64,000 nt of DNA from Candidatus Omnitrophota bacterium (GCA_903908245.1 CAIVRE010000011.1:2411-66410), one strand, 5' to 3'; shown: positions 1 to 9,537, counted from the first letter of the stretch. Translations and numbers: made by a program. Notes: generated by a model not told the origin, from the letters alone.

Positions 1-1
1 G

Positions 2-409
2 ATCGGCAAGGAACAGATCGATTTTATTGAAGAGCCTTGCAGCGGGCAGAATGATCACGAGAAGTTCTTCAGGCGTACGGATATGCCTTGGGCGGTTGAA
101 GCGCATTCTTCCGTGCGTCCTTTGAGCGATTGGGAGGGGATCCAGGGGCTTAAAGCCGTGGTCATTAAACCGATGCTTTCGGGAGGGATCAACGGTTTCT
201 TGTCGGTCAAGGACATTGCTTATCGCCTGGGCGCACAGGTGGTCGTGAGTTCATTATTTGAAACTTCGGTAGGGTTTAGAATGCTGGCGAATTGCGCGGC
301 ATTGACGGACACTTGCTGCGGCCTTGGGACAGCGGACTGGTTCGGATCGCCCGCCGCGGGGATCATGCAAAAAGGCGGATTGATCCCGCCGGTCAATTTG
401 ATCGCGTAA
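2..409 (+). CDS. menC: o-succinylbenzoate synthase, 5'-truncated by window edge
   Basis: Frame is open from base 2 (IGKEQIDFIEEPC...). Enolase-superfamily motifs IEEP, IKPMLSGG, VSSLFETSVG, GLGT. Directly upstream of menE. Confidence 0.8.
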   Translation: MGKEQIDFIEEPCSGQNDHEKFFRRTDMPWAVEAHSSVRPLSDWEGIQGLKAVVIKPMLSGGINGFLSVKDIAYRLGAQVVVSSLFETSVGFRMLANCAALTDTCCGLGTADWFGSPAAGIMQKGGLIPPVNLIA

Positions 410-412
410 ACT

Positions 413-1768
413 ATGCACCCTTTGGATAGTGCCAGCAATGAAGCGATGGTCTGGAATGACCGGGTATTTTCCTGGTCGCTTCTTGATGAGTATGTTCACA
501 GCACGTCACGCCGTTTAAAGGAGATCGGCGTTAAATATGGGGCAAGGGTGCTGGTTGAAGCGGTGCCGTCGGCCGGGACAGTGATCGTTCTTCTTTCGCT
601 TTGGCATATTGGCGCGGTTGCCTGTCCTTTTGACCCCAGGTTACCGGAAGGCCTGGCGCAGGCGATACGGCGAAAGGTCGCCCCTTTTCTTCTTTTGACC
701 GCGTCTTCTTCCGACAAGCGTTTTCCAGGCCTGCGCACGTTCATGACCGATGATGTTATTTGTCTTGAACCGGTGGAAAGGTTTATGGCGGGATCCTCGG
801 GGAGTAATGGCCTCTCCGACGGGAGGGAGGCCACCGTCCTTTTTACCAGCGGGTCGAGCGGCGATCCAAAAGCGGTCCTGCATACATTCAAGGCGCATTG
901 GATGAACGCCAAAGGAGCGGGGCAGGTCATTCCGTTTGCCGCAGGGGATCGCTGGCTTATGGCGTTGCCTTTACATCGTATTTCCGGGATCGCCGTGATC
1001 TTTCGGGCGTTGTACGGCAGGGGGGCAATGGTCCTGCCGGGCAAGAATTTTCCGGATATCGCGGATGCGATATTGAAATACAAACCTACCCATATTTCCC
1101 TCGTTTCCTCACAATTCCTGCGCCTTCTCGAAGTTCTTCCCCAAGAGGCCTGGAAGCCTTTAAAAGCTGTTTTGATCGGAGGGGCTCCGGTTCCCGAACG
1201 ATTAATGGAAAGAGCGGCGCAATATTCTCTTCCTGTTTTTCTTACTTATGGCATGACCGAGACAGGGTCTCAGATCGCGACCAGTCCGCTCAATGAGGCG
1301 CGGGAATGCGGTGGCGCGAGGGTGATCCCTTTCAGGGAGGTCAATCTTATCAACGGGGAGATCTGTGTCCGGGGGGATATTCTTTTTAAAGGTTATATTG
1401 ACGGAGATGATACGGAGATCCCTTTGGATGAGAATGGCTGGTTCCATACCGGGGATGAGGGGACATTTGCCCCTCCTTTCCTGACGGTAACGGGCCGCAG
1501 GGACCGGATGTTCATATCCGGTGGAGAAAATGTTTTTCCCGAGGTGATCGAGAAAGCGCTTTTGAGCCTTGATCAGGTCGTTTCCGCCAGGGTTGAGCCA
1601 AAAGATGATCCTTTGTTCGGCCGTGTATCCAAAGCGTATATTCGTCTTAAACAAGGCGTTGCGTTTGATGACACGCAGTTTAAAAGGTTGTTAAAGGAGC
1701 GCCTTTTTCCGTTCCAGGTCCCGAAAGAGTTCATTGTTGACCCAGACTATCCGTTCCCGGAAAAATGA
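413..1768 (+). CDS. menE: o-succinylbenzoate-CoA ligase
   Basis: Adenylate-forming motifs FTSGSSGDPKAV, TYGMTET, WFHTGDEG, GRRDRMFISGGEN. Lies between menC and a thioesterase. Confidence 0.85.
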   Translation: MHPLDSASNEAMVWNDRVFSWSLLDEYVHSTSRRLKEIGVKYGARVLVEAVPSAGTVIVLLSLWHIGAVACPFDPRLPEGLAQAIRRKVAPFLLLTASSSDKRFPGLRTFMTDDVICLEPVERFMAGSSGSNGLSDGREATVLFTSGSSGDPKAVLHTFKAHWMNAKGAGQVIPFAAGDRWLMALPLHRISGIAVIFRALYGRGAMVLPGKNFPDIADAILKYKPTHISLVSSQFLRLLEVLPQEAWKPLKAVLIGGAPVPERLMERAAQYSLPVFLTYGMTETGSQIATSPLNEARECGGARVIPFREVNLINGEICVRGDILFKGYIDGDDTEIPLDENGWFHTGDEGTFAPPFLTVTGRRDRMFISGGENVFPEVIEKALLSLDQVVSARVEPKDDPLFGRVSKAYIRLKQGVAFDDTQFKRLLKERLFPFQVPKEFIVDPDYPFPEK

Positions 1769-1785
1769 TTCGCAGGAGAAAAGCC

Positions 1786-2187
1786 ATGTTCGAATATAAA
1801 ACACAGATCTTTATTCACCATACCGATGCGGCCGGCCGTTTGTTCTTTGCGAACCAGTTCTATCTTATTCATGAGGCCAAAGAAAGATTTCTTGAGTCGC
1901 TGGGGCTTTCCATCAGACACATTTTGGATGATCCCAGGTTCACTTTCCCTTTGGTTCATGCCGAATCGGATTATAAAGCCCTGCTCCAGGCAGGTGACAG
2001 GATCACCATCCGTGCCGGCATAGAAAGGATCGGGGAGACGTCGGTTACGTTCATTTTCTCTATTTTTAAGGCTGACGGCTCTTTGGCAGGGACTTCCCGG
2101 ACTGTCAGCGTTGCTGTTGATCGAAAAACCCAGGCCAAGACGCGTATTCCTGCGGAGTGGCGGGTAAAGTTTGAACGAGCGATTTAA
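1786..2187 (+). CDS. acyl-CoA thioesterase (4HBT family), likely DHNA-CoA hydrolase
   Basis: Hot-dog thioesterase motif HHTDAAGRLFFAN. AGGAGA RBS precedes ATG 1786. Located in men operon. Confidence 0.75.
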   Translation: MFEYKTQIFIHHTDAAGRLFFANQFYLIHEAKERFLESLGLSIRHILDDPRFTFPLVHAESDYKALLQAGDRITIRAGIERIGETSVTFIFSIFKADGSLAGTSRTVSVAVDRKTQAKTRIPAEWRVKFERAI

Positions 2188-2199
2188 TTCGTCTCTGCC

Positions 2200-2228
2200 T
2201 TGCAATATATTGTTATAAATGTTATCTT
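2200..2228 (+). promoter_or_regulatory. sigma70-type promoter candidate for large secreted protein
   Basis: TTGCAA-N17-TATCTT with extended TGn, in AT-rich intergenic region. Confidence 0.45.
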
Positions 2229-2266
2229 CTAGTATTCAATGACATTTTCCTGCTATGGAGATACTC

Positions 2267-5200
2267 ATGAAGAAAATCGTTTCTTTGTTTCTTGCCTTAA
2301 TCCTTTCGGTTAACCCTGTTATCGTTCATGCGGATGTTCTTGCAGCGGCCCTTCAATTGCCGGCTCCCGGTGTTATGGTCGGCTTGTCGGAGGCATTTAC
2401 GCCTTCTCTTCTGCGGGGCATGATCATTCATCCGGACAAGCCACTTCAATTTGACTTTATCGTTGATCATGGGGACAGCCGTCTTGAGGGAGATGCTTTT
2501 TCTGCGGAATCCCAACGGATGGTGAATTATTTTCTTGCTTCCCTGACCACTCCTCAGAAGGACCTTTGGGTCAACCTTTCACCGGTGGAACAGGATCGTA
2601 TTATTCCTGACGCTCTTATCAGAACGGAACTCGGGAGGGACCTCCTGGCGCAGGATTATATGTTAAAACAGATCACGGCGTCATTGATCTATCCGGAGAG
2701 TGACCTTGGCAAGGGGTTTTGGAAGAGGATCTATGATGAGGCTTACCAGAAATTCGGAGTGACGGAGATCCCTGTGGATGTGTTCAATAAGGTATGGATC
2801 GTTCCCCAGACCGCATCGGTTTTTGAAAAAGGCAATGCGGTTTATATTGTGAGCGCCCATTTGAAAGTCATGCTTGAGGCGGATTATTTTGCCCAGGGAG
2901 CCGAAGGCAATAAAGAACAAGTTTCGGAGGAGGCCGCTCCGGTGGAGGGGCTTTCAAAGCAGGTATTGCGGGAGGTTATTGTCCCGGCGATCGAAAAAGA
3001 GGTCAATCAGGGGAAGAATTTTGCAAAACTCCGTCAGGTTGTTTATGCCATGGTGCTGGCGCAATGGTATCAGGAAGTGCTCAAAGAAAGTGTGTTGAAC
3101 AAGGTTTATTCCGGCCGGAATAAAGTGGCGGGGATCGACCTGAGTGACCCGAAGAATAAAGAGGTCATTTATCAGCAATATATGGACGCCTATAAGAAGG
3201 GCGTGTTCAACTATATTAAGGAAGAGAATGACCGTGTTACAAATGAGCCTGTTCCGAAAAAGTATTTCTCCGGCGGGTTTCAGGAACAGCCGGTTGCCCG
3301 GACCCCTGTAACAGAGGCGGCGCTGGGTTCGTCGGTAAATGATACGGAAGTTTCCCGGGTCATGGTCGAGATCGGACGTTCTGGCGAAGAGTCACAGGGT
3401 GAAATACCGCAAGCCGATGCCCCGAATGCATCGCAAAAAACCGAATCCCATCAGGATTGGAGTAGCCCGGACCGTCCGATCGCTTTGTTGGAAGAGTTGA
3501 GGGACTGTTGGAAGGGCGGCGGGTTTGATCGTGCCAGGATGTTGCAGTTCCTGGCGGAATATTCGCCGCAAGTGGAGCGTGAGACGGATCTGTATCCGGT
3601 AGAGGCTCCGTGGCCGGTGTTCAAAGCGTTTGCCTTGCTGACAAAGGCACAGAAGAAAGAAATGGTGCAGGCTCTCCAGGAGGAGTTCCAGGGGAAAAAG
3701 ATGACACCATTGGTCGAGGGGCTCCTGCTTGTTAATAATATTTATTCGAAAGACTGGGTAAAGGGGCGGACGCCGCATCTTCTTAGAAAACAGGTTTATT
3801 TGATAGCGGCAGAGATCCATCACTGGGCCGGCGGCCTTGGCCCGGTCATGAAGTTCCTGGGGAAAATGATGAAAGAACTGGGAGTGAACGCGGCCTATAT
3901 TGCGCCATGGTATCAGAATACGCGGGAGAACGGTAAGACGGTAAGCCTGGATTATTTCAAGAACGCCGGGGTTACGATCACGAATGAGGACCTTGATGAG
4001 TTCCAGGTCGAGGTGGGGGACTTGAGGGATGAGAATCTGATCCATCATCTTAATGTTAAAGTCGCGGAAGGGATCGACGAGAACGGGGTTACGGTCTATA
4101 TGTTCAAGGATGTCGGGGCGGATGGCAAGTCCCGGTATACGAACATGCTTTATAATTATGATCAGGAATATAATTATTATTTAACAAAAGAAGAGTCCAT
4201 GGCTTTTATTAACGTGGCGAGCGCGAAGTTGCTGCTGCGTCTGGAAGAAAAGAGGAAGAGGGAGGATCCGAAGGCTGAGCCGGCAGTTGTCCATTCCAAT
4301 GACGGTCAATTTGCGCCTTTGCAAGCGGTTACGATGAGCTGGTACGGGCGGCGGAGCGTCATCAAGGATATTGTGTGGGCATTTACGACGCATACGTATT
4401 TGAACCGGGGGAATAATGATAATGTCTCGTGGGGGATCGGGACCTTTTTGAAGCATATGATGGGGGTCACGGGGCGTTATGTTAATGCGTTCCGGCAGTA
4501 CAAGCGTTTTGGCCCCAAGGATGGGTCGTTGACCCAGGGCGCGGAATTCATTGACCATACCAGTGGCGGCGTGGGGTTGGCGGATGTTGTCCTTGCGGTT
4601 GCCGGTCAGCATCGTGACCGGGTGGCGCAGGTTGACAGCGGGACGCCGATCAGGGCGGCTACCAATGGAGCAGCTCCGGAGGAAATGGCAAAGTATCTTA
4701 ATCTGGAACTCAAGGCAATGGGCGCCGATCTTGAGGACCCGACGGCAGCGCAGATAGCGCAAGCCAAAAGGGCCAGCAAGAAAAATCTTAACGAGGCGGG
4801 GATCAAAAGGCATAACGGGAAGATATTCCATGTGGATGAGGATGCGGTCCTGATCGGGTGTGCCAGGCGAGGGGTTTTTGAGAAATCGGGGATCTATGAT
4901 GCTTTTACGCGCAGGAATCTTTATCGTCTTGCGCAGGGGATCCTGGACAGGAAGCATCTCGAGATCAAGTTCGCGAAGTTGTCGCTGGATGGAGGAAGTA
5001 TTTTCGATTGGTTGTTGCGCAGCGGGTATTTGAAAACAGTCGCAGTGACACAGGAAGGCCGTTATTACGATACGGAAAAAGAATATTCTGCGACTGAGGG
5101 GCGGTTGTACGGCGTCGATATGTCGGCGTTGAGGAGTAGCCTGGAGAAGGAGTATCCCGGGAAAGCCCGGCAGATCTTTGATGTTTTGCAAAGGGTGCTC

Positions 5201-6766
5201 AACAGAAGAAAAGCGAGTGTGGGGCCGTTCCTCAATGATCAGGGGGGCGGCAGTGTCGGAGTTTTAAGGTATTTTGGCCCTCTGGAGATGGAAATAGAAA
5301 AAGCCAAAGCTGAATCTCCGGATCAATTCCCGGGTGATTTTCAGCTGGTCAGTTCTTTTGTTGCGGAAAACAAGAAGAGAGAGTTGTCCGGTGCCGATGC
5401 GGATGTCAAGTCGTCCTGGCTGGGGGCGAATGAGGTGACGGAGGAAGATATTGCCGCGAATGGCGGGATCCAGATCGGGACCGATGAGGGGGCGATCATA
5501 AGGCAGGGGATCCGTTTAACGGAAGACCATCCTGGCAATGTTCTGCCTGCGTCCAGCGAGGATGGTTTTTGGGAATCGTTCCTGACCATACTGGAAATGA
5601 CGCCGGAAGAGCTCTCCGAGAATCAGCGGGTTTCTTATCAGTTGGGAAGGACGGTCATGCTGGCAGTGCGTACGGCGGGTGTTAATGCGGAGGCGTATGA
5701 AGATGTTCTGGCGCGCAGGGAGAGGGAGTCCAAAGCAGACACGAAGGCACGGGTTGTGATCGTTGATGGTTTGAAGGGGGACGGAGCGTTGGTGAAGAGT
5801 ATCCTGGAACAGGGCCGTAATGGCGTGAAGGCAAGTTTTGTGTTCCAGGTCAAAGACCAGGGGCGGTTCCCGGCCGATGAGGCGAACAAGCTTAATGGTT
5901 TGAGAAGTTTTATTGAGAAAAAGAACGCCTTGGAAGAGATCTATGGGTATGATTCGCTGCTGGGCCATTTTAAGAGCGGGGACTTTCAAAGATATTTGCT
6001 GGAATTGTTCAGCAAGCTTGATTCCGTCAGCACGTTGAGAGATTGGCTGGCTGCGTTGGACAAGGGGTCCGGGACCGAGATCGAGAAGTACAAGCGCTTC
6101 GGGAGATTCCTCGAAGACCTGGAGGCGGCCCTGGAAGACAGGGTGACCGTCATCACGGTGGACCAGGCAAAGGCGAAATTCCTGTTGGGTGAGGCCGGCG
6201 GTCAGGGCATGAATTTCATCTGGAGAAGCAATATGGGCAATGAGTTGGACCGTAACGGCCCGGGGTTGCTGGCGTTTGTTGATGCTTTTGACCGGATCCA
6301 GGAGCGGCGGGATCGGGAAGATGTCCTGCGGTTCCACAGTATGAACGGGTCGTCGCATATTTTGACTTATTTAAGGGATATTTTAAAAACTGACCCGTTG
6401 ATGGCGGGGTTGCAGTATAAGGTTGAGCAGATGCTGGCGTTGATCGGGAATATCCCGGCGAATCATGTTGAGGAACGGATCGACCTCACTTTCCAAATGA
6501 TGGCCCAGTTGCGGCATTATACGGGGGTCCTGGAGAAGATCGCGGATCCTGCGGGAAAGACAGGAACGGATCCGGTGGACGTCGCGGCCACGGCGGATAC
6601 CGGGGGTATCGATGCCCGTAATATCGGCGTGGACCGTCGGGGGGATCTTGTACCAGGGGTTCTGAGCGATCGGGCCCTTGAGGAGGTGCTGATGAATACG
6701 CCGGGTTTGCGCGGGGTTATCGTCAGTATTACCCCGATCGTGGATCTGCCTGCGATCCTGAAATAA
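2267..6766 (+). CDS. Large secreted multidomain protein: signal peptide, conserved N-terminal domain, degenerate glycogen/starch synthase (GT5, GT-B)-like cargo, C-terminal GGID motif
   Basis: Signal peptide MKKIVSLFLALILSVNPVIVHA after GGAG RBS. GT5-like motifs AAEIHHWAGGLG...APWY, VHSNDGQ, FTTHTYLNRG, ADVVLAVA, TNGA, ARRGVFEKSG, GADAD. C-terminus TGGIDARNIG...VIVSITPIVDLP. Confidence 0.75.
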   Translation: MKKIVSLFLALILSVNPVIVHADVLAAALQLPAPGVMVGLSEAFTPSLLRGMIIHPDKPLQFDFIVDHGDSRLEGDAFSAESQRMVNYFLASLTTPQKDLWVNLSPVEQDRIIPDALIRTELGRDLLAQDYMLKQITASLIYPESDLGKGFWKRIYDEAYQKFGVTEIPVDVFNKVWIVPQTASVFEKGNAVYIVSAHLKVMLEADYFAQGAEGNKEQVSEEAAPVEGLSKQVLREVIVPAIEKEVNQGKNFAKLRQVVYAMVLAQWYQEVLKESVLNKVYSGRNKVAGIDLSDPKNKEVIYQQYMDAYKKGVFNYIKEENDRVTNEPVPKKYFSGGFQEQPVARTPVTEAALGSSVNDTEVSRVMVEIGRSGEESQGEIPQADAPNASQKTESHQDWSSPDRPIALLEELRDCWKGGGFDRARMLQFLAEYSPQVERETDLYPVEAPWPVFKAFALLTKAQKKEMVQALQEEFQGKKMTPLVEGLLLVNNIYSKDWVKGRTPHLLRKQVYLIAAEIHHWAGGLGPVMKFLGKMMKELGVNAAYIAPWYQNTRENGKTVSLDYFKNAGVTITNEDLDEFQVEVGDLRDENLIHHLNVKVAEGIDENGVTVYMFKDVGADGKSRYTNMLYNYDQEYNYYLTKEESMAFINVASAKLLLRLEEKRKREDPKAEPAVVHSNDGQFAPLQAVTMSWYGRRSVIKDIVWAFTTHTYLNRGNNDNVSWGIGTFLKHMMGVTGRYVNAFRQYKRFGPKDGSLTQGAEFIDHTSGGVGLADVVLAVAGQHRDRVAQVDSGTPIRAATNGAAPEEMAKYLNLELKAMGADLEDPTAAQIAQAKRASKKNLNEAGIKRHNGKIFHVDEDAVLIGCARRGVFEKSGIYDAFTRRNLYRLAQGILDRKHLEIKFAKLSLDGGSIFDWLLRSGYLKTVAVTQEGRYYDTEKEYSATEGRLYGVDMSALRSSLEKEYPGKARQIFDVLQRVLNRRKASVGPFLNDQGGGSVGVLRYFGPLEMEIEKAKAESPDQFPGDFQLVSSFVAENKKRELSGADADVKSSWLGANEVTEEDIAANGGIQIGTDEGAIIRQGIRLTEDHPGNVLPASSEDGFWESFLTILEMTPEELSENQRVSYQLGRTVMLAVRTAGVNAEAYEDVLARRERESKADTKARVVIVDGLKGDGALVKSILEQGRNGVKASFVFQVKDQGRFPADEANKLNGLRSFIEKKNALEEIYGYDSLLGHFKSGDFQRYLLELFSKLDSVSTLRDWLAALDKGSGTEIEKYKRFGRFLEDLEAALEDRVTVITVDQAKAKFLLGEAGGQGMNFIWRSNMGNELDRNGPGLLAFVDAFDRIQERRDREDVLRFHSMNGSSHILTYLRDILKTDPLMAGLQYKVEQMLALIGNIPANHVEERIDLTFQMMAQLRHYTGVLEKIADPAGKTGTDPVDVAATADTGGIDARNIGVDRRGDLVPGVLSDRALEEVLMNTPGLRGVIVSITPIVDLPAILK

Positions 6767-6773
6767 AGATAAA

Positions 6774-6828
6774 GAAAAGGCGCGCTATTTTTACATTGAG
6801 AATGTAATGATAGCGCGCTTTATTTCTT
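6774..6828. terminator. Bidirectional intrinsic terminator-like hairpin between convergent genes
   Basis: aaggcgcgctat..ttacatt-gag-aatgtaa..atagcgcgcttt, flanked by A-rich and T-rich tracts. Confidence 0.65.
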
Positions 6829-6829
6829 G

Positions 6830-7327
6830 TTACGTTGTTTCTTTTCCCTTGAGCATCAGGAGTTTGCCTGTCCTCACCACTTCAATGAGCCCGTATCTGG
6901 TCATCAGGGTTTCCAGGGCATTGAGTTCTTCCGTTGATCCGGTATGGGCAAGGATCATAAGCCTGTCCGTCTCGTCCACGACCTTGGCATGCTGTTCTTT
7001 GGCGTGCTTGAGGATGATCGTCCGGTAGGAAGGCGTCACTTTCACTTTGAGAAGGGAAAGTTCGCGGTCCACCGCGTTGGAGGTGTCGTGTTCGCTGGCA
7101 TGGATGACATCGATCAGTTTATTGACCTGTTTGATGATCTGCTCGAGGATCGTCGGGTCTCCCTTGGCCGTTATGGTCATGCGCGAGAATTTCGGGTTGT
7201 GGACGGGCGAGACCACCAGGGAGTCGATGTTGTAGCCGCGCCGTGCGAACACGAGCGCCACGCGCACCAGTACGCCGGGCTTATTGGCCACCAGGATACT
7301 TAATGTATGGATATCGGTCGATTTCAT
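6830..7327 (-). CDS. ilvN: Acetolactate synthase small (regulatory) subunit
   Basis: ACT domain HTLSILVANKPGVLVRVALVFARRGYNIDSL, QIIKQVNKLIDV, IEVVRTG. Confidence 0.93.
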   Translation of the reverse strand: MKSTDIHTLSILVANKPGVLVRVALVFARRGYNIDSLVVSPVHNPKFSRMTITAKGDPTILEQIIKQVNKLIDVIHASEHDTSNAVDRELSLLKVKVTPSYRTIILKHAKEQHAKVVDETDRLMILAHTGSTEELNALETLMTRYGLIEVVRTGKLLMLKGKETT

Positions 7328-7341
7328 AGGGTTCCCTTTTA

Positions 7342-9072
7342 TTATGTCGAACCTGTTGGTTTTTCCATTTTGGTCTTCGGCGCTTCAATGATCATGTGGT
7401 ACGCTGACTTTCCCGCCGGGACCATGGGAAAGACATTCCCCTCTTTGATGACCTCCGCGTGAATTAGGGCTGGCCCGGGATGCTTCATGGCCTGTTCCAG
7501 CACCGATTTGCATTCGTCGACTTTCGAAATGTGGAATCCTTTGATCCCGTAAGCTTCGGCCAGTTTCACAAAGTCGGGGTTGCCTTTAAGGTCAACGCCG
7601 GAAAGCCTGTTGTCGAAGAACAGTTCCTGCCACTGGCGAACCATCCCTAAATATTTGTTATCGATGACGACCACTTTCACCGGTTGTTTGTTGACAGCGG
7701 CGGTCGCGAGTTCACACAATGTCATCTGGAAGCCGCCGTCGCCGACGATCGCCACCACCAGTTCGCCGGGGCGTCCGAACTGTGCGCCGATGGCCGAAGG
7801 GAACCCGAAACCCATGGTGCCGGCGCCGCCGGAAGAGATCCAGTTCACTCCGCGGTCGGTTTTGTAAAATTGCGCGGCCCACATCTGATGCTGGCCCACA
7901 TCTGTTGTTACGACCGCCTTTCCCTTTGTGACGTGATAAAGGTCATCGATCACGCGCTGGGCCGTCAGGCCTTCCGCGTCGGAATAATGCAGGGGGAATT
8001 CCTGTTTGTAGAATTCGAGTTCTTTTAGCCAGTCCGCGGTATTGAGCGGGCTCACATGTTTGAGCAATTCTTCGGCGATCATTTTGGCGTCACCGATGAT
8101 CGAGAGGTCCGGCTTCACGATCTTGTTGATCTCGGCCGGGTCGATGTCGATATGGATCTTTTTGGCGCCGATACAGAACTCGTCGTTGTTGCCGTTGATG
8201 CGGTCGTCCCAGCGGCAGCCGATCGAGCAGATCAGGTCGCAGGAGGTGAGCGCTTTATTGGCGTAGGCCGTACCGTGCATCCCGAGCATCCCCAGTGAAA
8301 GGGGGTGGGATTCCGGAAAGCCGCCTTTACCCAGCAGGGTCATGGTGACCGGGCAACGCATTTTTTCCGCCAGGGCTTTAATGATGTTGTCTGCGCCCGC
8401 GATGACGGCCCCGTGGCCGATCAACAGGAGCGGTTTTTTGGATTGTTTGAACATCTTGGCCAGTTTGACGATGTCCGTTTTATTCCCTTTGCCCGGGAAT
8501 GAGTAGCCGGGCAGGTCCATTTCCGCATCCAGGGACCCGGTAAAGGCGCCGGCGGTCATGTCTTTGGGAAGGTCAATGAGGACGGGCCCTGGCCGGCCGG
8601 TCGAGGCGATATGAAAAGCTTCTTTGATAATGCGCGGGATCGAGTTGATCTCCTTGACCAGGTAGCTGTGTTTGACCACGGGCATGGTGATGCCCGAGAT
8701 ATCTGCTTCCTGGAAGGCGTCTTTCCCGAGCATGGGCGAAATGGTCTGCCCGCAGAGCACCACGATCGGGATCGAATCCATCATGGCGGTCATGATGCCG
8801 GTGACGGCGTTGGTGGCGCCGGGGCCGGAGGTCACGAGCGCCACTCCGACTTTCCCTGTGGCGCGCGCGTAGCCGTCGGCCATATGAGTGGCACCCTGTT
8901 CATGGCGCACCAGGATGGTCTTGATCTTTGATCCGTAGAGCGCATCGAACAGCGGGATCGCTGCGCCGCCGGGAAGGCCGAAGATGTATTGCACGCCATG
9001 GGCTTCCAGGCCTTTGATCAGGGCCTCGGCGCCGGTCATGGTGGCGTTGGACTTTGGGGTTTTCTTTGACAT
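7342..9072 (-). CDS. ilvB: Acetolactate synthase large subunit, biosynthetic
   Basis: VRHEQGA, TSGPGATN, GRPGPVLIDLPKD, DVGQHQMWAAQ, TPP motif GDGGFQM. Confidence 0.95.
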   Translation of the reverse strand: MSKKTPKSNATMTGAEALIKGLEAHGVQYIFGLPGGAAIPLFDALYGSKIKTILVRHEQGATHMADGYARATGKVGVALVTSGPGATNAVTGIMTAMMDSIPIVVLCGQTISPMLGKDAFQEADISGITMPVVKHSYLVKEINSIPRIIKEAFHIASTGRPGPVLIDLPKDMTAGAFTGSLDAEMDLPGYSFPGKGNKTDIVKLAKMFKQSKKPLLLIGHGAVIAGADNIIKALAEKMRCPVTMTLLGKGGFPESHPLSLGMLGMHGTAYANKALTSCDLICSIGCRWDDRINGNNDEFCIGAKKIHIDIDPAEINKIVKPDLSIIGDAKMIAEELLKHVSPLNTADWLKELEFYKQEFPLHYSDAEGLTAQRVIDDLYHVTKGKAVVTTDVGQHQMWAAQFYKTDRGVNWISSGGAGTMGFGFPSAIGAQFGRPGELVVAIVGDGGFQMTLCELATAAVNKQPVKVVVIDNKYLGMVRQWQELFFDNRLSGVDLKGNPDFVKLAEAYGIKGFHISKVDECKSVLEQAMKHPGPALIHAEVIKEGNVFPMVPAGKSAYHMIIEAPKTKMEKPTGST

Positions 9073-9164
9073 ATTGTTTTCCTTTTCTTGGTGGAAACCC
9101 CTTCACCCCGATGGCCTATTGGCCATCAGGAGGTTCAGGGACATTTTGTGAAGAATCCTTCACA

Positions 9165-9200
9165 AAAAGAAAGGCGCTGACTTTGTCAGCGCCTTTTCTC
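9165..9200 (-). terminator. Intrinsic terminator after ferredoxin, upstream of ilvB
   Basis: Minus strand GAAAAGGCGCTGAC-AAA-GTCAGCGCCTTTCTTTTT: GC-rich stem followed by a U-rich tract. Confidence 0.75.
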
Positions 9201-9218
9201 TGATCATTTCCCGCTTTA

Positions 9219-9494
9219 TTATTTCTTGAGCGGATCTTTTTTTGTGTTGATCATCGGAAGTGAAGGCGCTTTATCCTTGTTAAGCGCTACGTATTTCGCC
9301 CATTGGGCTGGTACGTCGCCATCAGGATAGATCGCCTGTACCGGGCATTCCGAAACGCAGGCGCCGCAATCGATGCAGACTTCAGGGTCGATCACGAGCA
9401 TATTGGCATCCTCGCGGAAAGCTTCCACGGGGCAGACAACGCAGCAATGGGTGTTACGGCAATTCACACAGGGTTCACAAACGACATGTGCCAT
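9219..9494 (-). CDS. FdxA-type dicluster ferredoxin
   Basis: CEPCVNCRNTHCCVVCPVEAF and CIDCGACVSECPVQAI. Confidence 0.9.
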   Translation of the reverse strand: MAHVVCEPCVNCRNTHCCVVCPVEAFREDANMLVIDPEVCIDCGACVSECPVQAIYPDGDVPAQWAKYVALNKDKAPSLPMINTKKDPLKK

Positions 9495-9537
9495 CTGAAA
9501 TTCCTCCAGTTAGTTGATCAGAAATAACAGCTGAGAA

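Noticed and set aside
4181-5191. 336-aa minus-strand ORF (also 3392-4048 and 5516-6358)
   Set aside because: Antisense to the large secreted protein; typical shadow ORFs of GC-rich coding DNA.
9144-9167. Rex or CRP binding site call
   Set aside because: Half-sites match but the spacer is 2 bp longer than either consensus; kept only as an unassigned palindrome.
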